DNA of 64,000 nucleotides from Sulfolobales archaeon HS-7 (GTDB lineage Archaea; Thermoproteota; Thermoprotei_A; Sulfolobales; Sulfolobaceae): assembly GCA_019704295.1 (NCBI GenBank), contig AP024596.1, positions 1,856,001-1,920,000 on the forward strand, read 5' to 3'. Under the pieces are notes generated by a model. The model was not told the DNA's origin, did not search any database, and worked only from the letters and a program-made list of their open reading frames with translations. Below are positions 55,680-64,000 of this stretch, piece after piece. The translations under genes were made by a program, and so were the position numbers. Numbering within the stretch: position 1 is the first letter of the stretch; each line of letters begins with the position of its first letter.

Positions 55680-56120
55680 TTACGCCCAAACGTACCAATA
55701 GCTTGTAATAAATCGTATTATAAATCCTGCAACAATAGAAATGAAATTTATCTCTAAGATAGAGAACGACGAGCCAGAAATCTCCTTAAGTAAATATATT
55801 AATAGTAATTTGAGTTCTGCTATATGGAAGAATATTGCTATTAAGAGTACAAAGACAATTAGTTGTACAGCAATGCCTGAAGCCGATGAACCGTGAAACT
55901 TGATAACTCTACTTACAATCGAACCAACCTTCTTATCATTAAATGTCCATATATCATTTAGGAAGAAGTTAAAAATTACCGATGCCTCAATAGCAACTAC
56001 AACCGCAATTATTAGAGGAGACACCTTAAGCAGAAAATACAAAATACCTTCATTTACAACTGTGCCGAGGGCTCCTACCACTCCGAATTTAATTAGCCTA
56101 AGTAATAGCTGATATTTCAT
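55680..56120 (-). CDS. GtrA family membrane protein
   Basis: KFGVVGALGTVVN, NFFLNDIWTF, WVW. Confidence 0.92.
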   Translation of the reverse strand: MKYQLLLRLIKFGVVGALGTVVNEGILYFLLKVSPLIIAVVVAIEASVIFNFFLNDIWTFNDKKVGSIVSRVIKFHGSSASGIAVQLIVFVLLIAIFFHIAELKLLLIYLLKEISGSSFSILEINFISIVAGFIIRFITSYWYVWA

Positions 56121-56637
56121 CTAATTGAAACTCCGATTTCTATATTATATCTTTGTTCCATCCTATCCGCACAACTAGTAGTAAAGTATTTAGTAAAAAA
56201 GAATTATATCAGCATTCAGCCATCCAGGCCTCTGTTACAAATTATAATAATATACTTTAACTAATATAATATTTTAATTTAATTATCATGCTATCCTATA
56301 CTATCTACGAACTAGTTTAATTAGTTAATTGTATATTATTTAAATAAATTAGTTAATAAGGAAAACCTAGGAGTCCTCGTAGGCAGTCACACTAATGGTA
56401 GCTTACTAACGAAAGTTTTTTGGAGAACAACGCTGACTTATATTTACTCAGACCTCAAGGTCAAGGGAAAATCTCTCATTGGGCAGTGTATAACACACCT
56501 AACTCTGTAGAACACTAGAAATCATAGCTTCGGAAGATGTTATTGTATATGAGATAATCACTTGCTTCTTAAGGTCTGACCAAGTATAATATAAAATTTT
56601 AGTTATCTCGAGTTGGATAATTAAATACTGAGAAACT

Positions 56638-57198
56638 TTGATAGTGGTCGTGACTGGTACGCCCGGTACAGGAAAAACGACAATCGCTAAGCTGTTAGCT
56701 CAGAGCATTAATGGTATATATATATCTACTACTCAACTAGTTATTGAACGAAAGCTTTACATTGAATACGATAGTGATTCCGCTTCTTACATAGTAGATG
56801 AGAAGAGATTAGACAGTGAACTCAAGGCAGAACTTACTAGCGCTTTACTTATGTCGAGCAATGTAGTAGTTGATACTCTTTTCCCCTCTATAGTGAAAAA
56901 TCCTGATTTAACCGTAGTATTAAGGAAGGACCCTTGTTCTCTTTACGAAGAACTTCTTTCCAGACAATGGCCAGAAGGAAAGGTTATAGAAAATGTCGAA
57001 GCAGAGATTATAGGCACAATAGAATATGAAGCTAGAGCGAATAATTCTGAAGTATGTTCCATAAACGTCACAAATAAAAAACCCTCAGAAGTTATCGAAG
57101 CAATTGAAAAGAGGATATGTGAAAACATAGATTGGCTCCTTTCGGAATCCACAGAAAAACTTATCGAATTGTTTTCAAGAAAATATAACGAAAAGTAA
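56638..57198 (+). CDS. Adenylate kinase 6 / Fap7 family
   Basis: VTGTPGTGKTT, R.W...KV.ENVEAE. Confidence 0.9.
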   Translation: MIVVVTGTPGTGKTTIAKLLAQSINGIYISTTQLVIERKLYIEYDSDSASYIVDEKRLDSELKAELTSALLMSSNVVVDTLFPSIVKNPDLTVVLRKDPCSLYEELLSRQWPEGKVIENVEAEIIGTIEYEARANNSEVCSINVTNKKPSEVIEAIEKRICENIDWLLSESTEKLIELFSRKYNEK

Positions 57199-57339
57199 CT
57201 CAATAGCTAGTAACGATAATGAAATCAGTATGAGCAAAAATTTAACAGTTATGTCAATTTTTTTTGTAATAATATCATATAATCCATATGGTAATAAAAG
57301 TATTCCAACAATTAATACGAATATCTCGATTTCGTCCAT
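57175..57339 (-). CDS. Small two-TM membrane protein
   Basis: MDEIEIFVLIVGILLLPYGLYDI; downstream of sul7d. Confidence 0.55.
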   Translation of the reverse strand: MDEIEIFVLIVGILLLPYGLYDIITKKIDITVKFLLILISLSLLAIELLFVIFS

Positions 57340-57404
57340 GACTATTAAATTTTCACGCAAAAAAGAAGTGATAAAAAACTCAATAATACTTTGACTTTAG
57401 AGGA

Positions 57405-57599
57405 TCATTTCTTACCTTTCTCTAACATATCAAGGAGTTCTTTCGGGGCATCCTTCTCAGAAACAGCTCCTCTCCCAGTTTTTCCTTGATCGTCGTAAGT
57501 AAAGGACACCATTTTTCCTACTTTCCATACCTTCTTTACCTTATCGATTGTTACTTCCTTATCTTCTCCCTTAAACTTAAACTTTACCTTAGTTGGCAT
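57405..57599 (-). CDS. sul7d: Chromatin protein Sul7d (Sso7d/Sac7d family)
   Basis: [48 protein letters not shown]. Confidence 0.98.
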   Translation of the reverse strand: MPTKVKFKFKGEDKEVTIDKVKKVWKVGKMVSFTYDDQGKTGRGAVSEKDAPKELLDMLEKGKK

Positions 57600-57643
57600 A
57601 ATTTATGATAAACAGGGTAGCTTATTAACTTTACGGTGATAAA

Positions 57644-57940
57644 AGGGGTATTACATAAGTTAACACATATTATCATTAATAAGGTAATACCCCTGAATAT
57701 AACAACTGCATATTGTTTAGCGAAGAAACTACTATTTAACTATATATGTATTTACTAGACATGGTTGACACAATGAATCATTTTGTCAAGAATTAACTTA
57801 GTCGGACACAAAATGTCTAATAAATGTTCAATACGCAATAGTGTCCTATATTGGATAAATGTGCGTTTAAAAACTAAATTTTGGATAGGAATAACTTGCC
57901 CTACAGTGTTCAATTAAAAAGATAATTCAGGGGGATTACC
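57644..57940. repeat. Three copies of AGGGG(T/G)ATTAC in inverted arrangement
   Basis: 57644-57654 (+), 57684-57694 (-), 57929-57939 (+); 57683-57698 vs 57925-57940 form a 15/16 inverted repeat. Confidence 0.7.
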
Positions 57941-58575
57941 GAACATTGAACACCCTCTCCAACCTCATAGCCTACAATATCCGGCGATTCAGGACACTTA
58001 ATAACGCAAAATCATGCTAGAAAAGCCCGTTCTCTAACCAAGATTCTCGTAAATTACATGATTATTGCTGTAAAACCTAATAAACTGATTTTATATTATC
58101 ATTTATCTAGTAATTAAATGAGTTTAATTCTAAATAAACGCATTTTATAACTTTTTAATTTATATAGTTATTCTATTAATTGCAGATTGGACGCTACCAT
58201 TGTATAAGATAATCAAAGATTCCATCAGACTAAAGGTGTCTATACGTTTGCAATAATACAGAATTTCAAAATGGATGTTAAATAACCTTAGAACAATACT
58301 TCCCTGAATTTTGGTTATTGACCCTGTATCCTACACAAAACGTTTTAAGCCCCCCATTATTTATTATGGCTATCTTAAAACTCCTTAACCCATTTGAGGT
58401 AACGTTTAAGAAAGCTCTACTAAGAATATGCTTTCCTTTTCAGATAAATATCCTCTTGTTAATTGCACTATAATAATACTTAAAGTTAGTGCGAAAGTTT
58501 TTAATTAATCGTTTTAATATTCTTCAAGTTTAATATAAAGATTGTGAACTCGAATAAAATATAATTTACTACTTC

Positions 58576-59124
58576 TTATATAGCTTCGTTAGTAACTGGA
58601 AATGCGTAATTCATCAAGATACCACATACAACTCCTCCTGTATGTGCTAATATATCCACTTTAGGTAAAATATTAGATATTATAAAAACAAGAATTAGTA
58701 AAAAAATGTAGTTTTTTGCGACACTTCTATAAGTATCCCAATTCTTTCGCGCTTGATCTGTAACATAATATGCTAGTATACCAAAAATCCCTCCTGAAGC
58801 TCCAGCACTGGCGGATAACGGACCGTAGAGTAGGCTTACAATATTTCCCATAATTCCCGATAAAAGGAATACAAAGTATTCTAATCTATTTGCATATGAC
58901 TTAAATATCTGATAAATAACTAGCATAGAGATAAAATTAAATACGGCATCAGATATACTGGAAGTAACGAATATTGACGTAAATAGTTGGTAAACGTAAC
59001 CTCTCTCGACTAAACAGTTAATTTGAATAAGATAAAGATACAATGGGAGGTCTAAAAAGTATAGCGTTCTGCCTATAATGAAACCAAGTAGAATAAGGAA
59101 AGCTAAAACTAGAGTAGATTTCAT
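58576..59124 (-). CDS. Rhomboid intramembrane serine protease
   Basis: YQLFTSIF, GASGG, AHTGG. Confidence 0.9.
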   Translation of the reverse strand: MKSTLVLAFLILLGFIIGRTLYFLDLPLYLYLIQINCLVERGYVYQLFTSIFVTSSISDAVFNFISMLVIYQIFKSYANRLEYFVFLLSGIMGNIVSLLYGPLSASAGASGGIFGILAYYVTDQARKNWDTYRSVAKNYIFLLILVFIISNILPKVDILAHTGGVVCGILMNYAFPVTNEAI

Positions 59125-59127
59125 GAA

Positions 59128-59763
59128 CTATAGTACACCTGTGATATAAGACAATCCAAAACTGATTAAGATGAGTACTCCCCATATCCATACCCTCCAT
59201 TTTATTACCTTTGCACCGTCCAGAGGACCAAGAGGCAGTAAATTGAAAAATGCTACGTAAGAGTTAAATGCCGAATATTCTGCAAATATTGTCTTTAATC
59301 CGCCAGTTCCTATAGCTGCTAGCACACTAAAAATAATCGATAAAATAATGTTTGTCGTGGGTCCTGCAGCTGCAGTTATCCCATTTACGTCGTCCTTATC
59401 CGTGAGCGAATAAAAAGCCCTGCACGATATTCCAGTATATCCTGCTGCAAAAACGAAAAATGGAGTGAATAAGTTAAAAATAATCGTGAGAAATAGACCT
59501 AAGGGATAGAGATAAAATCTAGAAAGGCATCCGTATCGTCGAGCTACCTGTCTATGGGCTATTTCATGAGGAATAATTGCTAGAATTGCCCCAACTAAAG
59601 GTATTAAGAAGCTTAATAGTGTAAATTGTACATGTCTTATTAAATTAAAAACGTTTAGAGGTGTAAAGTAAACTGCAGTAGATAATATTGCTATAATGAA
59701 GGACTGCCATTCGCCTATATTTCCAAACTCGAGTTCAAGTTTCCTTAAAAACCAGCGATCCAT
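59128..59763 (-). CDS. Site-2 protease (peptidase M50)
   Basis: HEIAH, AAGP..N, NLLPLGPLDG. Confidence 0.92.
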   Translation of the reverse strand: MDRWFLRKLELEFGNIGEWQSFIIAILSTAVYFTPLNVFNLIRHVQFTLLSFLIPLVGAILAIIPHEIAHRQVARRYGCLSRFYLYPLGLFLTIIFNLFTPFFVFAAGYTGISCRAFYSLTDKDDVNGITAAAGPTTNIILSIIFSVLAAIGTGGLKTIFAEYSAFNSYVAFFNLLPLGPLDGAKVIKWRVWIWGVLILISFGLSYITGVL

Positions 59764-59888
59764 ATACAGCTCACATAGTTGCTTATTTTTATTCCTTTTG
59801 CTTCAACTTTCTATATCTGATATTATGTTTCTGGAGAGACATATTGGTATAATGCTTATTTACCATTCCGAAATATTATATACGTAAT

Positions 59889-60500
59889 ATGTATAGTATA
59901 TATGTAAATACCCCACTCTTTACCCCTACTAAGTACTTGACGGAGGAGGGGGATGTAATTGGCTTTGAACCAACTCTGGAGAGGGAACTATCTCAGCTAG
60001 GCATCTCATTAAAAAATGTAGCTGAGGCAGTATCTCTATATATAAGGGGGGATGAGGAAACATTTAATATTTACATAAGCACTGATTCGCAGTTAAGGAC
60101 AATAAAAATTTATGAGGTTACATTCGTTCAATATTCAAAAAATATTACGTCTTACTTGATGATATCGAATTTCCCAAAGATCTCAGAAATACTTATTACA
60201 CGTCTTTTTACAGAAGTGGCAAATAGATTGGTAAACGAGATGAGAAACGCTAATAAGTTAATAGTCGAAATGGGATTTCCATATAAAATAATAGTCTTTG
60301 AAACATTTAATAAATTTAATAAAGAATTTAATGCGATAAGAACAGGATTTGCCAAAACATTTGGCGAAGACGTAATAGTGTCTATCTCTAACACCTTGCA
60401 AGGACTTATATGGCCTATCGATAGAAAAATTATGCAATTCTCAGAATATGATGAAATGGATGTTGAAATTAAAAAAATAGTAAAGAGAATGGTTGAGTAA
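59889..60500 (+). CDS. Hypothetical protein
   Basis: 203-codon ORF with host-like composition. Confidence 0.7.
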   Translation: MYSIYVNTPLFTPTKYLTEEGDVIGFEPTLERELSQLGISLKNVAEAVSLYIRGDEETFNIYISTDSQLRTIKIYEVTFVQYSKNITSYLMISNFPKISEILITRLFTEVANRLVNEMRNANKLIVEMGFPYKIIVFETFNKFNKEFNAIRTGFAKTFGEDVIVSISNTLQGLIWPIDRKIMQFSEYDEMDVEIKKIVKRMVE

Positions 60501-61143
60501 ATTTTCTAGAAATGAATAATTTACTTTATAAATATTAAACGATGATGTATATAACTATAACTCTATAGCAAAAAGGAGTACATTTTACCTAATACATTTA
60601 CCGTTTCAATTAGAACTGCACTTTAGTAAGTTTTGCGTAAATTAGTCGCACACTATACTTTTCACACTTTAAACAGTTAATCTATATACATCATAGTGTC
60701 AAATGCGTAATTAACATGATTAACTATATAAAGTAAAAAGTTATAGAACACGTGAGTGAGGATTAAATTCAATTAATTATATGGCTAGATAATAATATAA
60801 GATTAGTTTATTAAGTGCAGTAATAGGCAATAAAATTTTCAAAGATTAATTTTTCGAAAATCGAGCACGGAAAACAAACTTTTCCAGCGTAATAAGCTTA
60901 ACGTTTACTAATGTTCCTGCAACGCTGAATATTGTAAGCCTAGAAGTCCGATAAAGGTGTTTAATCCCTTTAGGCTTCTGCGTAATATCTCATGTCCCAT
61001 TTACATGTCACTCCTTAAGCTCTTTAAGTAGTCGTATATCTAAGCTAACTTCATTTTTACCTTAAACCAGTTCCTGGAGAAACCTAATCTTAACTTTAAG
61101 ATAAATCTCATATAGCTGAATAACGTACTAATTTATTAAAGAA

Positions 61144-61223
<80 letters not shown>

Positions 61224-61578
61224 ATTAACACATAAAATACGTTATAATAGAACTTAGTGAATAAGACAACATTGGTAGATACTATTAATTCGGATGATAC
61301 TCTTCTTTTCGCTTCTAGCAGACTACGTTACATGGTAAAAGCAAAATTTCCTAATCTGTCTGAACAAAAATTGTTCTGAATTCTTCCAAAAAATTTCAGT
61401 TTTTATAAATGCCCTAAATCTTCTATCCTTATGGTAAACTAACGAAATAATAAAGACATGGTAATAAAGTTGATTTGCCAACTATTACTCTTCGTATAAT
61501 ACCTTAACGTATAATTAAAAAATTTTAAATATAAGAAGTAAAGCGAATTAGTAGGGGTGATAAATATTTGTATTAAAC

Positions 61579-62463
61579 GTGTTTTCCAATACAATAGAAC
61601 TGCTACAAGGAATGTGGCCAACACCTTTGTTAAAATTAGACATAGGACCTAATGTTTGGGCAAAATTAGAATTCTTTAACCCGTTTAGCAGAAGTATAAA
61701 GGATAGGACAGCCTATTTCCTTATTAAGAATGAGATAGAAAAGGGGAGAAACCGATTTATTGAAGCTTCGTCAGGAAATTTAGCACTTGCACTGGCTTCC
61801 CTAGCTTCTATCTATAAATTTGAGTTTACTCCATTCATACCCAGTACTTCCTCTAGATTCTTTAAGGTAGCTCTAAAGATTTTAGGTATAAGATACGTGG
61901 AATATGGTAATAAAACTACAGAAATAGTTCCATTAGCGAAAAAATATGCGGAGTTGACAGAAGCTGCCAACCTGGATCAATTTACAAATGAAAGAAATCC
62001 CAATGCTCATTTTACAACAAGTGCTAGAGAAATACTCGAGCAGTTAGGTTCAGTGGGCAAGTTCCCGGAAAGGATCTTCGCTAGTGTAGGTACAGGAGGG
62101 CATATTACAGGACTATACAGATTTTTCAAACAATTTGATAAGAAGGTAGAAGTCGTCGCAGTTCAACCTAAAGAAGGAAGTAAAATTCCAGGAATGAAGC
62201 GAATAGATGAGTCTGGCTTTGCAGAGGTCAAATCGATTCAAAAAGTAATAGATGTCTCTGAAGGTGAAGCTCTTGCTGGAGTTCAACTAATTGCAAGACG
62301 AAATGGAATTTTAGTGGGATTAAGCGCAGGCGCTACTGTTAGCGCTTTCTTGAAAATAATGGATGAAAGAACAACTGTTCTTATTTTCCCCGATGATTTA
62401 TTTAAATATATAGATGAAGTGGAAAAATTGTTAGAAAATGAAGCCACATCGAACTCTAAGTGA
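61579..62463 (+). CDS. PLP-dependent cysteine synthase family protein
   Basis: WPTPLL, AKLE..NP.S.SIKDR, EASSGN, VGTGGH, GLSAGA. Confidence 0.92.
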   Translation: MFSNTIELLQGMWPTPLLKLDIGPNVWAKLEFFNPFSRSIKDRTAYFLIKNEIEKGRNRFIEASSGNLALALASLASIYKFEFTPFIPSTSSRFFKVALKILGIRYVEYGNKTTEIVPLAKKYAELTEAANLDQFTNERNPNAHFTTSAREILEQLGSVGKFPERIFASVGTGGHITGLYRFFKQFDKKVEVVAVQPKEGSKIPGMKRIDESGFAEVKSIQKVIDVSEGEALAGVQLIARRNGILVGLSAGATVSAFLKIMDERTTVLIFPDDLFKYIDEVEKLLENEATSNSK

Positions 62464-62470
62464 TCTTAGC

Positions 62471-62630
62471 GGGTGATTCAGGTTTCCATTGCGAATTGTA
62501 ATTATGGTAAATGGGGCCAAACAAAGGGAATTGTTAAGCGCGAACCCCCTCAGTCCATACGATAGTATTCAATTGAATTCATTCTATTTTTCTAAATAAA
62601 CCGAATTCGCAATGAACACGTGAACGGCCC
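62471..62630 (+). mobile_element. 160-bp MITE, family 2
   Basis: ~27-bp imperfect TIRs gggtgattcaggtttccattgcgaatt / aattcgcaatgaacacgtgaacggccc; homologous to 49574-49733. Confidence 0.85.
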
Positions 62631-62762
62631 GTCTTAATGTTCTTTCTGTATAATTATATTGAACTGTATATTATTAGTAAGTTTCTAACAGAATTAAAAA
62701 CACAGTTATTGGCAAGTTGTTACTATATAAACCTAAGTGCACTCTATTATAATGAAGTAATT

Positions 62763-63422
62763 GTGCTCCCTATAAATAAGATTATGAACTCTATGGTAAG
62801 CCAAGTAAAGGTAGAGGAATTTCACGGAAAAAAGGTTGTTACAAAGAGGTACGACTCTGCTACCTCTGTGAAATGGTACTTCATTACTAATGCTTTCAGA
62901 GCTTATCCTTTCGTGGCTGAGGGTAAGGAGAGGATGAAGAGGGAAATGGACTTCCTCACATCCAGATTAAGCATAGCGAAACCCGTAGTTTACGATTTTG
63001 ACATGAAGAATTTGGTTCTTTATAGGGAATATATATATGGGGGACAAATAGAAAATTTTTACAAACTTGGGAAAACACTTAGTAAAGTTCATAATGACGG
63101 ATATGTCCTAGGTGATACGAAAATCAGCAATTTTCTAGAGAGCAAAGGCGAGGTTTACATTATCGACGCAGAACAAGCTATTCGTAACGAAAACGAGGGA
63201 TTTTTCGCATGGGATTTGCTTATTGCAATTTTGTTTATCTCATATAGGAATTTTTCTAACCTAAGGGCGTTCAGACTAGAACTTAGGGAATTCCTTGAGG
63301 GTTATGAACCTTCACCTAAGGTTTTACCGCTAATTTTCTCTGTTAAGAATCTAAATGTCCTTTCATTATTCCCCGTTTTTCATCTCTTAGAGTTGAGGAG
63401 ATTCATACAGACTTTTCAATAA
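62763..63422 (+). CDS. Protein-kinase-like protein (Bud32/RIO/Kdo-like)
   Basis: VVTKRY, R..RE, LGDTKISNF, IIDAEQ; start uncertain (62763 or 62784). Confidence 0.78.
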   Translation: MLPINKIMNSMVSQVKVEEFHGKKVVTKRYDSATSVKWYFITNAFRAYPFVAEGKERMKREMDFLTSRLSIAKPVVYDFDMKNLVLYREYIYGGQIENFYKLGKTLSKVHNDGYVLGDTKISNFLESKGEVYIIDAEQAIRNENEGFFAWDLLIAILFISYRNFSNLRAFRLELREFLEGYEPSPKVLPLIFSVKNLNVLSLFPVFHLLELRRFIQTFQ

Positions 63423-63591
63423 CAATCGAGTCCTTATCATGTTTTAAGAGCAAATTAGATATGTTTATTCTAGTTCCGCACACAGGGCATTTATAAAAAT
63501 ACCTTACAACCTTTTCCCCACTGCTTAACGTTTCGCTCTCCTTTATGAGATCAGTTCTTATCTTACATCTAGGACATAGCGGCTCTTTCAT
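63403..63591 (-). CDS. Small Zn-ribbon protein
   Basis: CPRC...YKCPVCG. Confidence 0.7.
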   Translation of the reverse strand: MKEPLCPRCKIRTDLIKESETLSSGEKVVRYFYKCPVCGTRINISNLLLKHDKDSIVIEKSV

Positions 63592-63629
63592 AATCTCATT
63601 TTAAAATATTACTATGCCTAAATATGTCT

Positions 63630-64000
63630 ATGCTTATAGATAGATATGGTCGGCCAATGGAAGATTTACGCATAACCCTAACTCATGTCTGTAATTTTAG
63701 CTGTTTCTTCTGCCACATGGAAGGTGAGGAATTATTGCCTAACGATCTTACAGCAAATGAAATTCGGTTAATAGCGAGTGTAGCAAAAGAGATTGGAATA
63801 GAATCGGTAAAGTTTACAGGTGGGGAGCCAACAGTTAGAAAGGACATTTTAGAGATAGTAGGATACGTTTCTGACTTCGGCTTTAAAGATATATCTCTTA
63901 CTACTAACGGATTTATGCTAACAAAATTAGCGATTAAATTAAGAGACGCAGGATTGCAGAGAATTAACATAAGCCTTCATTCTCTTAACCGAGAACGCTT
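63630..64000 (+). CDS. moaA: GTP 3',8-cyclase MoaA (3' truncated by window edge)
   Basis: [48 protein letters not shown]. Confidence 0.95.
   Translation, partial: MLIDRYGRPMEDLRITLTHVCNFSCFFCHMEGEELLPNDLTANEIRLIASVAKEIGIESVKFTGGEPTVRKDILEIVGYVSDFGFKDISLTTNGFMLTKLAIKLRDAGLQRINISLHSLNRER

Noticed and set aside
57600-58570. Replication origin
   Set aside because: AT-rich with G-strings, but no ORB consensus and no cdc6/whiP gene nearby

Overview
Core chromosomal segment of an AT-rich Sulfolobales (Thermoproteota) archaeon, judged from Sul7d, a 16S-23S operon with no spacer tRNA and no adjacent 5S, the 16S 3' end GAUCACCUCA and aRF1 with NIKL. It holds a translation/ribosome-biogenesis cluster (RIO1, Dim2/KH, aRF1, MtaB, aIF2-beta, NMD3, RNase HII, a DRG-like protein, Rqc2), the rRNA operon, tRNA-Leu(TAG), tRNA-Gly(GCC), XerA, glnA, trpS, trm1, dph5, AK6, sul7d, the 5' part of moaA and many metabolic genes. 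The long intergenic gaps contain two multi-copy MITE families (~120 bp and 160 bp) and decayed IS/TnpB remnants. The top finding is in the aRF1 gene: its only upstream ATG opens a 3-codon frame, ATG-AGT-CTT-TGA, which reaches the aRF1 frame by a +1 shift at CUU-UGA, with an SD-like sequence 3 nt upstream. This is the architecture of the bacterial prfB autoregulatory frameshift, here in an archaeal release factor; a single-base assembly error must be excluded. A second candidate system is an 11-aa acidic peptide ORF with its own TATA box and SD, placed directly ahead of a tandem Lrp-like regulator. No CRISPR array or provirus was seen. All product calls come from motif recognition without database searches.
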